Assembly (NCBI GenBank): GCA_024137785.1
Contig: JAHRHZ010000002.1
Span: 9,962,358 to 10,026,357 of the forward strand
DNA length: 64,000 nucleotides
Direction of reading: 5' to 3'
Source: Ginglymostoma cirratum
Lineage: Eukaryota
Part shown: piece after piece, positions 37,701 to 48,200 of the stretch
Position numbering within the stretch: position 1 is the stretch's first letter
How the letters are laid out: every line of letters begins with the position of its first letter
The notes under the pieces: generated by a model
Database searches by the model: none
Told to the model about the DNA's origin: nothing
Seen by the model: the letters and a program-made list of their open reading frames with translations, nothing else
Translations under genes and position numbers: made by a program

Positions 37701-38379
37701 AGAGACAACTGGTGGTGGTTTAATCTGAGGGTCACCAAGCCTCAGGAGGGGAGAGACATTCCTCCTTTTGGAGTATCAGACCATTTATTTAGGGAAGGAT
37801 GTGTTGGAGGCAGTTCAGAGAACACTTACTACGTTAACGGGTGGATTGTCTTACGAGGCAAGTTCTAATTGGCTGGGCATGTATCCAGAGTTTAGCAGGG
37901 ATGAGCAGCAACTAGATTGAAATATAAAAGACACCAGAGGAGCCTTCACAGAGCAGGTGTAGAGAAAAATGAGAGAATTTGGAATCGGGGGGTCACAATT
38001 TTAATTAAAAAAAAAAAATCAGGGGTGACCCAGAGATTAAGACGAATTTCTTTTCTCTCAGAGGATGGCGGGTCTGCCTGAAAAGGAGGTGGAAGGCACA
38101 CGAGAGGGTGAAAGGCAATCTGGAACGTAGATTTGAGATCACAATCAAATCAGCGAGGGGCTCATTTACAGGCAGAGGGGCCAAATGGCCTACTGCTGCC
38201 ACTTGTTGATTGAAGCGATGACAAGCAGGGGTGTCGCTCACCGTAGATGTGTCGCTCCCCAGTTTGATGGTCTCCACCTTGGCCCCCGAGCTCCCCGCTG
38301 ACTCCTCCAAGTTGGCCGACTTCTCGGGAGGACCCGGCGGAGGGTCTGCCGCGGCACGTTTGGAGCCTGCGCCTGGCAT
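18043..38379 (-). CDS. RNF20: E3 ubiquitin ligase BRE1A (H2B monoubiquitination), 19 coding exons, ~984 aa
   Basis: All exons join in frame (2955 nt). RNF20-diagnostic sequences are [36 protein letters not shown] and the C-terminal CNMRKK...[11 protein letters not shown]...[11 protein letters not shown], which differ from RNF40. Confidence 0.95.
18255..18364. repeat. 12-bp repeat (GAGACAGAGTGA) spanning a 10-N gap
   Basis: Direct observation. Confidence 0.9.
19236..19337 (-). CDS. RNF20: RNF20 coding exon 18
   Basis: [11 protein letters not shown]...[13 protein letters not shown]. Confidence 0.93.
19370..19610. repeat. ~66-bp dispersed tandem repeat family (CTTTACTCTGTATCTAACCCCGTGCTGTCCCTGTCCTGGGAGTGTTTGATGGGGACAG)
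   Basis: Diverged tandem units; the same family occurs at 28860-29110 and 35270-35560. Confidence 0.8.
19671..19811 (-). CDS. RNF20: RNF20 coding exon 17
   Basis: [16 protein letters not shown]...[11 protein letters not shown]. Confidence 0.93.
19820..19922. repeat. 20-bp G-rich repeat (GGGGAAATGGGGCGGGGTGA) with N gap
   Basis: Direct observation. Confidence 0.9.
20240..20365 (-). CDS. RNF20: RNF20 coding exon 16
   Basis: [15 protein letters not shown]...LDMHKRK. Confidence 0.93.
20928..21140 (-). CDS. RNF20: RNF20 coding exon 15
   Basis: [46 protein letters not shown]. Confidence 0.95.
22221..22370 (-). CDS. RNF20: RNF20 coding exon 14
   Basis: [15 protein letters not shown]...[13 protein letters not shown]...AMAKQ. 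Confidence 0.9.
23403..23520 (-). CDS. RNF20: RNF20 coding exon 13
   Basis: [39 protein letters not shown]. Confidence 0.93.
24015..24211. repeat. ~51-bp tandem repeat, 4 copies
   Basis: CTCCGCATCCCCGAGTTATTCCACACTGGGAGCACCGTGCACA repeated. Confidence 0.9.
24243..24610 (-). CDS. RNF20: RNF20 coding exon 12 (E/K/R-rich)
   Basis: VRSRG...[17 protein letters not shown]...[16 protein letters not shown]. Confidence 0.92.
25070..25392 (-). mobile_element. HE1-like SINE nested in an older SINE
   Basis: Same family as 2431-2723; the host SINE has a tRNA-like head at ~24865-24925. Confidence 0.8.
25977..26098 (-). CDS. RNF20: RNF20 coding exon 11 (possible alternative donor at 25935)
   Basis: [31 protein letters not shown]. 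Confidence 0.92.
26604..26739 (-). CDS. RNF20: RNF20 coding exon 10
   Basis: [39 protein letters not shown]. Confidence 0.94.
27118..27297 (-). CDS. RNF20: RNF20 coding exon 9
   Basis: [21 protein letters not shown]. Confidence 0.93.
27856..27975 (-). CDS. RNF20: RNF20 coding exon 8
   Basis: [24 protein letters not shown]. Confidence 0.93.
28722..28799 (-). CDS. RNF20: RNF20 coding exon 7
   Basis: [26 protein letters not shown]. Confidence 0.92.
28860..29110. repeat. ~66-bp tandem repeat family
   Basis: GGGACAGTGTAGA...CTCTGTATCTAACCC units. Confidence 0.8.
29441..29587 (-). CDS. RNF20: RNF20 coding exon 6
   Basis: [14 protein letters not shown]...[26 protein letters not shown]. Confidence 0.93.
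30081..30199 (-). CDS. RNF20: RNF20 coding exon 5 (GC donor)
   Basis: [39 protein letters not shown]|GCAAGA. Confidence 0.88.
31330..32000 (-). mobile_element. CR1 LINE 3' fragment
   Basis: [16 protein letters not shown]...[13 protein letters not shown]. Confidence 0.8.
33512..33703 (-). CDS. RNF20: RNF20 coding exon 4
   Basis: [30 protein letters not shown]. Confidence 0.9.
33950..34190. mobile_element. Palindromic Penelope-derived mini-element with hammerhead core at 34055-34084
   Basis: Inverted arms; plus strand CTGAGGA-A-GGG-CCACTGGA-CCC-GAAAC-GTT. Confidence 0.75.
34689..34848 (-). CDS. RNF20: RNF20 coding exon 3
   Basis: [16 protein letters not shown]...[11 protein letters not shown]. 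Confidence 0.93.
35270..35560. repeat. ~66-bp tandem repeat family, diverged
   Basis: Similarity to 19370-19610. Confidence 0.65.
35564..35731 (-). CDS. RNF20: RNF20 coding exon 2
   Basis: [23 protein letters not shown]...LNRYWCQ. Confidence 0.93.
36030..36360 (-). mobile_element. HE1-like SINE
   Basis: tRNA-like head plus CR1-type tail. Confidence 0.85.
36400..36900 (-). mobile_element. CR1 LINE 3' fragment
   Basis: [24 protein letters not shown]. Confidence 0.85.
36920..37014 (+). mobile_element. Penelope-derived mini-element arm with 12-bp flanking duplication
   Basis: GAATTGAGGAAG at 36908-36919/37015-37026; GGGTCGCTGGACCCGAAACGTT core. Confidence 0.65.
38242..38379 (-). CDS. RNF20: RNF20 first coding exon (exon extends to acceptor at 38440)
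   Basis: [20 protein letters not shown]...[12 protein letters not shown]|GTGAGC. Confidence 0.9.
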
Positions 38380-39449
38380 CTCCCTCTCCTTCATGACAGT
38401 CCAGGCAAGACGGAGCTCCCCGGGGCTGCCGTGCCCGTCACTGGAAGGCAGGGAAGAAAAGTACATTGTCATGGATCATTTTCATGCTATGCCAGCCAAC
38501 AACACAAGCCTTAACCCTGCAGGTCTGCCCTTGTAATTTACACCCTGCATGAACCTTCTCTGTTTGCAGGATAACCTACAACTAAGGGGCTACAGCCTTC
38601 AAAATAAGGGGACTCAACCCGAGATAGAAACGAGGAAGAATACCTTCACTCAGTGGGCTGTTACACTTTGGAACGGTGCCCTGCAGGCTACATCATTGTA
38701 TTTACTGAGCGCTGAATATTTGATAGATGTTGGGGGGGGGGGTGGTGGCAGTAGAAACAAAGGCCTCAAACAGAAGGGCCGTGATATCATTCAATGTGGA
38801 GCAGCTCCCAGGTCTCAAATGGGGCTTGCTCTTGTTTGAAGAGACCTTATGGTTCCATCATTGTCTGGGAGAGGACAGCTTTCCTCAATTCTGATTTGCC
38901 TTGGGGAGGGGTGGGGGGGTAGCACGATGCTATTGGCGGTGATCAGCCGTTAATACCTTCCCCAGTTCCACCCATCTACGGGAGCATTGCAGCCAGGGCG
39001 AGGGTGCAAAAGGATGGGGCTCAGGCTGACACATCCCATCCCATCCACCCACTCACCCTCTTCGAAAACGTTTGGGTTCCCAGATGCAGGAATACCACCC
39101 CTCCAGCCTCCCAGCCCCAAATCAGCACTGCAGGCTCCCCTTCCCACCCTCCCATCAAAATAAATAAAATCCAATAGACACTTGAGAGAAATTCAGCTGT
39201 GGTAGCCATCACTGTGTGTCCACAGGTAAGGGGACACAGCGAGGGGGGGTGGATAAATGAGAGGTGGTCTCAGGAAGTGGGGGAGAGCTTCCCTCCGTAC
39301 TAGCGAACTGCAGAGGGGAGGGATGGAGGCCACTCGCTCCATCCAGCCCCTGCTGACTCCTGGAGGGAGTCACCAGCAGGAATTGGCCCTCTCGAACACC
39401 CTTAGACCACATCATATTCCTGGGCAGTGTTATGTTCCCAACCCTCACC

Positions 39450-40205
39450 CCTAATTATGAAAGGCGGGGGGACAGTGATGGCCCAGCTCCAGCCTCCCTC
39501 CTCCTTCCCCCACCTCCCCGGACAGCAGCCTCCTCCTCATCCTCCTCCTCCTCCACTTTGGGCTCTGGCCTGAAACCCGGAAGTGAGGCAACACCCCACC
39601 CACCCCCTACCCGGAAGGGGGCGGGAACATCACCTGACAAAGAGCAGCGGTCGGATCAAGAGGGTCCGCTCGGAGGACCGACCCGGAGGAGGACACCCGA
39701 ACCCGATGGCGACGAGCTGGGGGAGAAGGGGCCGGGGTAAGACCGGAGCCGCGAGGCAGGGCGAAGCGCTGACACGTCAACGCGCAAGACAAGGCGAGGC
39801 GAGAAGATACGCGAGGAGGACGCGCCGGCAGAGCTGACGGTGCGGAGCCAGGGCGCAACCTGCAGGACAGGAGGAGTCAGAGCGCACACCGCAGGACGGG
39901 AGGGCGGAGCCAGATCCCCTCCAATCAGCGAGGGAGGGGTGGAGCCGTAGCGCACCCTGCAGGACGGGAGGACACAGAGCTCTCCCTGCAGGACGGGAGG
40001 AGCCGGAGCGCTCCCTGCAGGACGGGAGGACACAGAGCTCTCCCTGCAGGACGGGAGGAGCCGGAGCGCTCCCTGCAGGACGGGAGGACACAGAGCTCCC
40101 CCTGCAGGTCGGGAGGAGCCGGAGCGCTCCCTNNNNNNNNNNGGACACAGAGCTCCCCCTGCAGGTCGGGAGGAGCCGGAGCGCTCCCTACAGGACGCGG
40201 GGAAA
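39450..40205. promoter_or_regulatory. CpG island / RNF20 promoter and probable non-coding exon 1 (donor at 39634)
   Basis: CpG-dense; GC boxes (~39618, ~39902), CCAAT at 39921, ETS CCGGAAG motifs (~39577, 39611), CAG|GTGATG donor on the minus strand. Confidence 0.75.
39956..40197. repeat. 58-bp dimeric (29+29) GC-rich tandem repeat with N gap
   Basis: CCCTGCAGGACGGGAGGACACAGAGCTCT alternates with CCCTGCAGGACGGGAGGAGCCGGAGCGCT. Confidence 0.92.
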
Positions 40206-40333
40206 CCAGATCTCTTCTGCTCAGATTCAACTGGATTGGTTTTTGTGTCACATGATTAACAATAAAAATAATTTTTTAATCCATGGACAAATTTTATTCA
40301 GAAATCGGCCTAACATTCTATTACTTTATTGAT

Positions 40334-41360
40334 GGTCAGTAGTGAGGGAGTGTCGCACTGTCAGAGGGTCAGTGCTGAGGGAGCGCCGCACTGTCAGAGG
40401 GTCAGTACTGAGGGAGTGCTGCACTGTCAGAGGGTCAGTACTGAGGGAGCGCTGCACTGTCAGAGGGTCAGTAATGAGGGAGTGCCGCACTGTCAGAGGG
40501 TCAGTACTGAGGGAGCGCCGCACTGTCAGAGGGTCAGTACTAAGGGAGTGCCGCACTGTCAGAGGGTCAGTACTGAGGGAGCGCCGCACTGTCAGAGGGT
40601 CAGTACTGAGGGAGTGTCGCACTGTCAGAGGGTCAGTGCTGAGGGAGTGCCGCACTGTCAGAGGGTCAGTACTGAGGGAGCGCTGCACTGTCAGAGGGTC
40701 AGTACTGAGGGAGCGCTGCACTGTCGGAGGGTCAGTACGAAGGGAGCGCTGCACTGTCAGAGGGTCAGTACTGAGGGAGTGCCGCACTGTCAGAGGGTCA
40801 GTGATGAGGGAGCGCCGCACTGTCAGAGGGTCAGTACTGAGGGAGCGCTGCACTGTCAGAGGGTCAGTACTGAGGGAGCGCCGCACTGTCAGAGGGTCAG
40901 TACTGAGGGAGCGCCGCACTTTCAGAGGGTCAGTACTGAGGGAGTGCTGCACTGTCAGAGGGTCAGCACTGAGGGAGCGCCGCACTGTCAGAGGGTCAGT
41001 ACTGAGGGTGTGCCGCACTGTTAGAGGGTCAGTACTGAGGGAGTGCCGCACTGTCAGAGGGTCAGTGCTGAGGGAGTGCTGCACTGTCAGAGGGTCAGTA
41101 CTGAGGGAGTGCCGCACTGTCAGAGGGCCAGTGCTGAGGGAGTGCCCCACTGTCAGAGGGTCAGTGCTGAGGGAGCGCCGCACTGTCAGAGGGTCAGTAC
41201 TGATGGAGTGCCGCACTGTCAGAGGGTCAGCACTGAGGGAGTGCCGCACTGTCAGAGGGTCAGTGCTGAGAGAGTGCCGCACTGTCAGAGGGTCAGTGCT
41301 GAGGGAGTGCCGCACTGTCAGAGGGTCAGTACTGAGGGAGCCCAGCACTGTCAGAGGGTC
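40334..41360. repeat. 33-bp minisatellite, ~31 homogeneous copies
   Basis: ACTGTCAGAGGGTCAGTACTGAGGGAGYGCCGC tandem array. Confidence 0.97.
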
Positions 41361-41601
41361 TCCTAGTCCACGGGTAGGGACACTAGCACTGTGCCACAAG
41401 AGGGCCATCAGATCTCAACAGAGTATCTGTCGCACTGATTTATCAAGTCCACCATCAGGGAGGGTGGGAGCACTCCTTTGCTGGATGGTTTGGGGTAATC
41501 TTTCGTCCAAAAGGCTTCCAGTCGACAGATTGCAGACGGGGTTGAAGGGTGACTTTCTGAATCTGTCAATCATCTTTGGAGCTGAGTTCCTGCTCTCCCC
41601 T

Positions 41602-41736
41602 TTCCCAGAATAATCTCGTCTACTGCTTTGGAAAGTGAATTAACTTCAATGAGGTGGAAACGGCATCCAGTAAAACACATTCAGGTGGAGGGAATGCACC
41701 TGATTCATTTGAGCCCCTCAGCTTTTATTTATAAAA
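41602..41736 (+). promoter_or_regulatory. Putative TRIM proximal promoter: GAS, IRF/ISRE-like site, TATA
   Basis: TTCCCAGAA at 41602-41610, GGAAAGTGAA at 41630-41639, TATAAAA at 41730-41736, ATG at 41797. Confidence 0.5.
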
Positions 41737-41796
41737 GTAGAGTTGGGGTGGGGGGAGGTCAGGCGTGTGGTGTTTGTGTAAATTGGAGATCGCCTC

Positions 41797-42216
41797 ATGT
41801 CTTGTGATACGGAGAATGGGAATTATGGGGAAGCCCTTGTCTGTTCTCTCTGCCTTGAATTATTTGTGGAGCCTGTTCTGGTGGACTGTGACCGTAATTT
41901 CTGCCGCACTTGTATTGAGTCCTACAGGGAGGCCCAGGGTGGTAGTGTCTGTTGCCCGCAATGCGGTGTGAGTACCGTGCGGCTGGCGCTGCAGCCCAAC
42001 CGGGTACTGAGGAACGTGGTGGATAAGATTCGCCGGCTCACCACCCCCCAGCAGGACCTGACTGAGGACGAGAGGCGCCTGTGCCCGGAGCACCAGGAGA
42101 AGCTGACCCTGGTCTGTGAGACGGATGGTATGATCGTCTGCCTGGTGTGCAGGGACTCGAAACTTCACAAGCAGCACCGATTCAGGGAGCGAGCCGAATT
42201 CTTGGCATCCTGCAAG
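41797..42216 (+). CDS. TRIM exon 1: RING (H->R) + B-box2
   Basis: CSLCLELFVEPVLVDCDRNFCRTC...CPQC; CPEH...CETD...CLVC...HKQH; AAG|GTATGG. Confidence 0.93.
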
Positions 42217-45200
42217 GTATGGTATCCCGAAAGGTGGGAAAAGGAGGGGAGTCTGCATCTCCTTCATTTAGCAAACAAAGGTGGGCTGTGTTAATTTTAA
42301 AAACTAGCTCTATTGTCATGTTCACTCATGTGAAAAGCTTACAGTTGTCACTTCATGATGCTGTCTTGGGTGCCAAGGTACTTGTGTACACAGCCTTAAG
42401 TACAAGGGTGGCTCAGTGGTTAGCACTGCTGCCTCACAGCCCTAGGGAATGAGGTTTGATTCCACCCTCGGGTGACTGTCTGTGTGGAATTTGCCCATTC
42501 TCCCTGTCTGCATGGGTTTCCTCCCACGGTCCAAAGATGTGCAGGCTAGGTGGATTGGCCATGCTAAATTGCCCCAAAATGTTCAGGGAGGTGTAGATTA
42601 GGTGGGTTATAGGGATGGGTCTGGGTGGAATGCTCTGAGATTGGGTGTGGACTTGTTGGGCCAAAGGGCTTGTTTCCACACTGTATGGATTTTATGATAC
42701 AAATTCTCAGGAGAAAATTACTTAAGAAAAATAAAGAAAGGATAAAGTCTAGCAATAAGCTTCTGAAGTCAGGGTTCAGAATAAGTCCTTTCATTACAGA
42801 CAGCACCAAGCTTCACCTTGAGGCTGGGAGTTCAAGTAACATGGTATCTCAGTGACTAGCACAGCTGTCTCTCAGTGCCAGGGACCTGGGTGCAATTCCA
42901 GCATTGGGTGACTGTCCATGTGGAGTTTCCACGTTCTGTGTCTGTGTGTGTTTCCTCTGGGTGCTTGAGTTTACTCCCACAGTTCAAGAATGTGTAGATT
43001 GGGGACGTTTAGCATGGTCAATTCACCTAAAGTGCCCAGGGTACTGCAGGTTGAAAGAGTTAGTATGGGCAATGTGGATAGGGTGAAATCCTGATTGGAG
43101 GGTTAGTGAAGACTTGATGGGCTGAATGGCCTCTCTGCACTGCAGAGATGCTGATGAAAGGATTCTGTTTTATCAGAGGGATTTTGATTGTTCTTCAACT
43201 TAACAATTTACCATATCTAGTCTAGCATCCAGTTATAACCTCTTCTGAAGAAGGGTCCAGACCCAAACTGTCAGCTTTCCTGCTCCTCTGCTGCTTGGCC
43301 TGCTGTGTTCATCCAGATCTACACCTTGTTTTTCCAGTTATAACCTGTTTCCTTTCTGCCTTCCCCTGCAGGATAAAGGAGCGGTGCTCTTAAACTCTCT
43401 CAACCAGAGGGTGGTCTCTTTAAAAGATGTGGTGCAGAAACAAGGGCTGGAGATTGCACATGTCAAGGTAAGTTAGTCTGATCACACTATGCTCAAAGGT
43501 TTGCAACACTTTCTTCAGTCCAGTTCTGGTTGCAATCCTATAGGAAGGATATTAAACTGGAGAGGTTCAGAAGAGACTTACAAAGATGTGTCTGGGTTTG
43601 AGTTATAAGGAGAAGCTGGATAGGCTGGGATGTTTCCCACTGGAGCATAGGAGGTTGATGTGATTTTTGAGGACTATAAAATCATGAGGGGTATGGATTA
43701 GTTAATGTCAAGTGTCTTTTCATTAGTGTGGGAGACTTCAATATGGTGGGGGGGGGGGCTGTGTGTGTGTGTGTTTTTTAAGGTGAGGAGAAAGATTAAG
43801 GTATTGGGGTTGGGCAAACTTTTTCCAATGTGGAAGGAACTTCCAGAGGAAATGGTGGATGTGGGTACAATTACAATGTTTAAAGACATTTGGATAAGTA
43901 CATAAATAGGAAAATTTGGAGGGACTAGGTTAGTTTAGGATTATGTTCAGAATGGACTAGTTAGACTGAAGGGTTTGTTAACATGCGGTATGACTCTATG
44001 TAGTTAATTTTTTTTAATGGTTTTTAATTGGATCACAGGTTGTCACTTGTCCCTAATGTTCGTGAACCAAGTGTTTTGCTAGGCCCTCTTGGTGGATAGT
44101 TAAGAGTCTATCATGTTGCTTTGGGTTGAGTCACATAGACCAGAATAAGTGTAGACAGGTTTCCATCCTGAAAAGACATTTGTGGGCAAAATAGGTTTTT
44201 ACAACTGTCATTAGTTTTGTGGTCACTGCGTTACATTCTGGATTTATTTTAATTTGATTTGAGCTCCTGCCCAGAGAGTTGGCCTAGGCCTATGGTGTAT
44301 TAGTAAAGCAATATCTTTTTATTGTTGTTACTTTAGCAAAATAACAGCGGCTACCTATTGAGAGGATGGGCAGAGGGGACAGGGCTGCCTTGTTAGTAAG
44401 GAATGACATTAAATTGTTAGCAAAGTGGTCTCTGGTTGGAAGACATAAATCTGTTGTAGAGTAGAGGTGTAAAGGGAAAAACTCCCTAATGGGAGTTACG
44501 TACAGGTCTCCTAGCAGCTGTCAAAATGTGGGTCAGAAAATTAAATTGGGAGACATAAAAGGCATATCAGAAAAGCATGATTACAATAATCATGGGGGAT
44601 TTCAATGTGCTCGTGAACCTGGAAAATCAGGTTGTTAATGGATCCCAAGGAAAGGGATTTTGAAATGTTGTTTTTGGAGCTGCTTGTGATAGAGACCACT
44701 CGGGAACAGGCAATTCTGGATTGTTGATGTCTAATCAGGGAGCTTTAGAGTAAAGGAATCTCCTAGAGTAGTGACCATGATATGATAGCTTCTCCCCACT
44801 CAAACCGCAGGATGCATACTAGAGTGAGAGGTAATGGTATTACAATTGAGTAAAGGTGTCTAAAAGATACAAGGGAGGAGCTGGCCAGAGTTGATTTTGG
44901 AAGGGGAGCCTAGCAGGTATGACAGTGAAGCAGCAATGGCAGGAGTTTCTGGGGTTAATTTGGGGTCTTTTTCAGGATGGCAGCCTCATGGAGTTCTGCA
45001 GGGGTCAGTGGGACCACACATTTGTTATACATTGCAATCTGGATGAAATGTTTGCAGGTGACATTGGTCATGGGTAGAGTTGAGTTGGAGAGGCTACAGA
45101 AGGACTGGGAGAAGCTAGTAGAGAGAAAAGAAGCAAATCCAATACAGTCTTGGAAAGTGAGGGGTTATGTACTTTGGTAGGAAGAATAGAGGCATTGACT

Positions 45201-48200
45201 AGTCTGTAATGGGGAAAGACTTTTGGCAGTCTGAAGCACAAAGGGACTTTGGAGTCTTAGGTCAAGATTCTCTTGGTGAACATACAGGTTCAGTTGGTGG
45301 TTAGTAAGACATGTGTGGTGTTTGCATTCATTTCAAGAGGGCTAGAATGCATGTACAAGGAAGTACTGCTGAGGCTGTATATCTGGCTCTGGTCAGACTG
45401 CATTTGGATTATTGAGTAGCTTTGGACCCAGTATCTAAAGATGGATGTGCTGGTGTTGGAAGGTCCCAGAGGAGGTTTACAATGATTCTGGGGCTGAAGG
45501 ATTTATCATGAGTGGTTGGTGACGGAGTCTGCACTCAATGGCATTTAGAAGGATGAAGAGGGAGCTGACTGAAACATGAGGAAAACTGAGACCAAGATAG
45601 TGTGGATGTGGAAATGTTGTTTCCACTATTAGGAGAGACTAGGATGCAAGGGCATGGTGTCAGAGTGAAGGGCTGACCCTTTAGAACGGAAGAGGAGAAA
45701 TTTCTTCCACCACTAGTGGATCTTTGGAACTTGCTACTGCAGAAGACTCTGGAGGCCAGTCATGGAGTACATTTTCAGACAGATCCTTGATTGGTAAGGG
45801 GATCAAAGGTTACAGGGAGAAGTCAGGAAAATGGGGTAAAGAAACATTCACCATGATTGAATGGCAGAGCATTCTCAATGGACCAAATGGCTTAAGCTTG
45901 TTCCCATGTGGTCTTGTACACTTTGTGCTGAGATGTCCCAGAATTGTAAAAGATGGATAAAGGTAGGTTTTCCTGCAATGGGTCTGGCACACTGCATGTG
46001 ATCGTGGACGGAATGGATGACCAATTATTTGCTGTGCTATTGTGATGAAGGACTGTTGGTGAGAGCATTAGGGCAATTACATGCTCTTCAATATTGCTGA
46101 TGCACTTTTAAACATCCAGAAAGGGCCTCAATTCAATAACTTATCCATAATAGAGTTAGCTTCATTGTCATGTACTCAAATGAGTATGATGAAAAGGTTA
46201 CAAATTGTCACTTACATCACCATCTCAGGTTCGGATTTTTCAGTACCAGTTCTTAGAGAAAAAAGTCCAGCATTACAGGTCATAGAAACAAATGAGAAAA
46301 TAGAGGAAGAAAAGATCAGAACCACTGTCCTTCCAACCCAGTTATAAAGTGATCCCTCTGACATTGTCATCCCCCTCAAATACACTGCTGGTGCTGATTT
46401 TTGGTCTGAAGTTTGTGGAATGAGCCTTGAACTGATTTGAACAATTGGGCCCCCAACACCACAAGGTGTGCATTTTCCAAATGTTCGCCTTGGCCAATAG
46501 GGCTTTTTAAAAAAAAAAAATATTTTTAATGCCTAGCTTGCTTGAATGCAAACAATGGATTCTCTTAACAATCCTGTCTGAATGCCAAAACAATCCCCAT
46601 GTTTTTAATTCCTGCTCTTCACCTCCAGGATATGGGCTGCAGTCTGATCTGCCACATTGCTCAGCAGTTTGCTGACCTGCACAGATTCCTCAATGAACAT
46701 GAACAACAGCTCCTGGAGAAGCTGGAGGCTCATGTGGAAGGCCACCTGGCCGGAATGGAAGGAAACCTTACAAAGCTACGGGCGATACTCTTCACCATTG
46801 AGCAGGACATCTTGAGTATTGAGGCCAAATTGGATCAAGGTGACTTGGCATCTCTTAAGGTATGTTCCTGATCTTTACTACCTGCCCCCTCCCCACACCT
46901 GTTGATTCTGGTTTCCGGTGATTTGTTACCCCCTCCAATATCCCCAATAGCACGGGGATTGTGAACATCCGCAACCACCAAAAACTGCAGGTTTTTGTAA
47001 AATCTGTTGCTGATGTCTGAGGGTTTCACTGAGTTGTTATTCTTATCTCAGTCACCTTTTTTTTTTTGCCCCTATTTCTCTCTGCTGAATTTCATCTTGA
47101 CTGCAGCATCTGCATCGTTAGAATCACAGCTTCCCTAGAGTGTGGAAGCAGGCCACTCAGCCCATCAAGTCCACACTGACCTTCTGAAGAGCGTCCCACC
47201 CAGACCCATTCCCTGTCATGGTGCAATCTCCATGGTCTACACACCCCTAGACATCATGGCCACACTAAATTGCCCAGTCTATCCAACGTGCACATATTTG
47301 GACTGTGGGAGGAAACTGGAGCACCTGGAGGAAACCCACGCTGACATGGGGAGAACGTGCCAACTGCATACAGTTACCTGAAGGTGGAATCAAACCCAGG
47401 CTGCTGATGCTGTGAGGCAGCAGTGCTAATCAGTGAGCCACCCAAGAAGTTGCTTCTGGGCTCTGCCTCACCATTTTGATTTTGACTTGTTAGTGAAGGG
47501 TATGGACTTCTACCCCTGCCCCCACCCCTCAATCTCATCAATTCTTTATTTAAAAAATTACAGCGAGTGTGGAAACTGGTCACTGGCAAATACTTGCAGT
47601 TCTGACCAGCAGCAAGATGAATGAGGTGTGACTTGTGTTAATTTTTTTGAGAATCAGGATAGTCTGGCACATTTTGGAGGCTATTGAGGCTGTGCTGCCT
47701 TCTGTCCCCGTCCCAAACCTGTTTCTCTACCCAGTGTGATGTTACATGTCAGCTGTATGTATGTGCTGAAGACTAGTGGATTGTGCTAACAGCTTTGATT
47801 ATTCACAAGGAGGAAAGTATGGACCATCTCCAACATGCCCAACCACTTTGTACTTGCAAAATCTGCACCAGTGTCGAATGTTGGATGTGAGTCTACAATT
47901 GAGACAACACTTGCTAAATAATACTGGCTGTCAGTGTAATTCTTTATGCAAACAGCTTGGGATTGTAGTTGATCTGTGTGGTGCACCTGCATGTACTGTA
48001 AGCTACATATAAAGGCCTGCTTTTGCATTTGTTTTAACTCAGTAAAATAGGTGCTGACCGTTTCTCTCTGGCTCATCTCAAGGTATTGCTGTGAACAATC
48101 TGTCAACCTGCCTAATTAGCATTGAAACAAAGCCTGGCATAGCTAAATGTTAACTGCTACATTCACTACTGCCATACTCTACCAATTAGTCCACTAGCTA

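Noticed and set aside
18043-38379. Assignment as RNF40/BRE1B
   Set aside because: Diagnostic residues ([36 protein letters not shown]) match RNF20.
40334-41360. CRISPR-like regular repeat
   Set aside because: There are no unique spacers and no cas genes, and the context is vertebrate. It is a head-to-tail minisatellite.
40326-41613. Long ORFs (423, 360, 231 aa) on both strands
   Set aside because: These are translations of the 33-bp minisatellite (unit divisible by 3). There is no domain content or splice context.
42405-42480. tRNA gene-like A/B boxes here and at other SINE heads
   Set aside because: They are followed by SINE body and CR1 tail, so they are tRNA-derived SINE heads, not tRNA genes.
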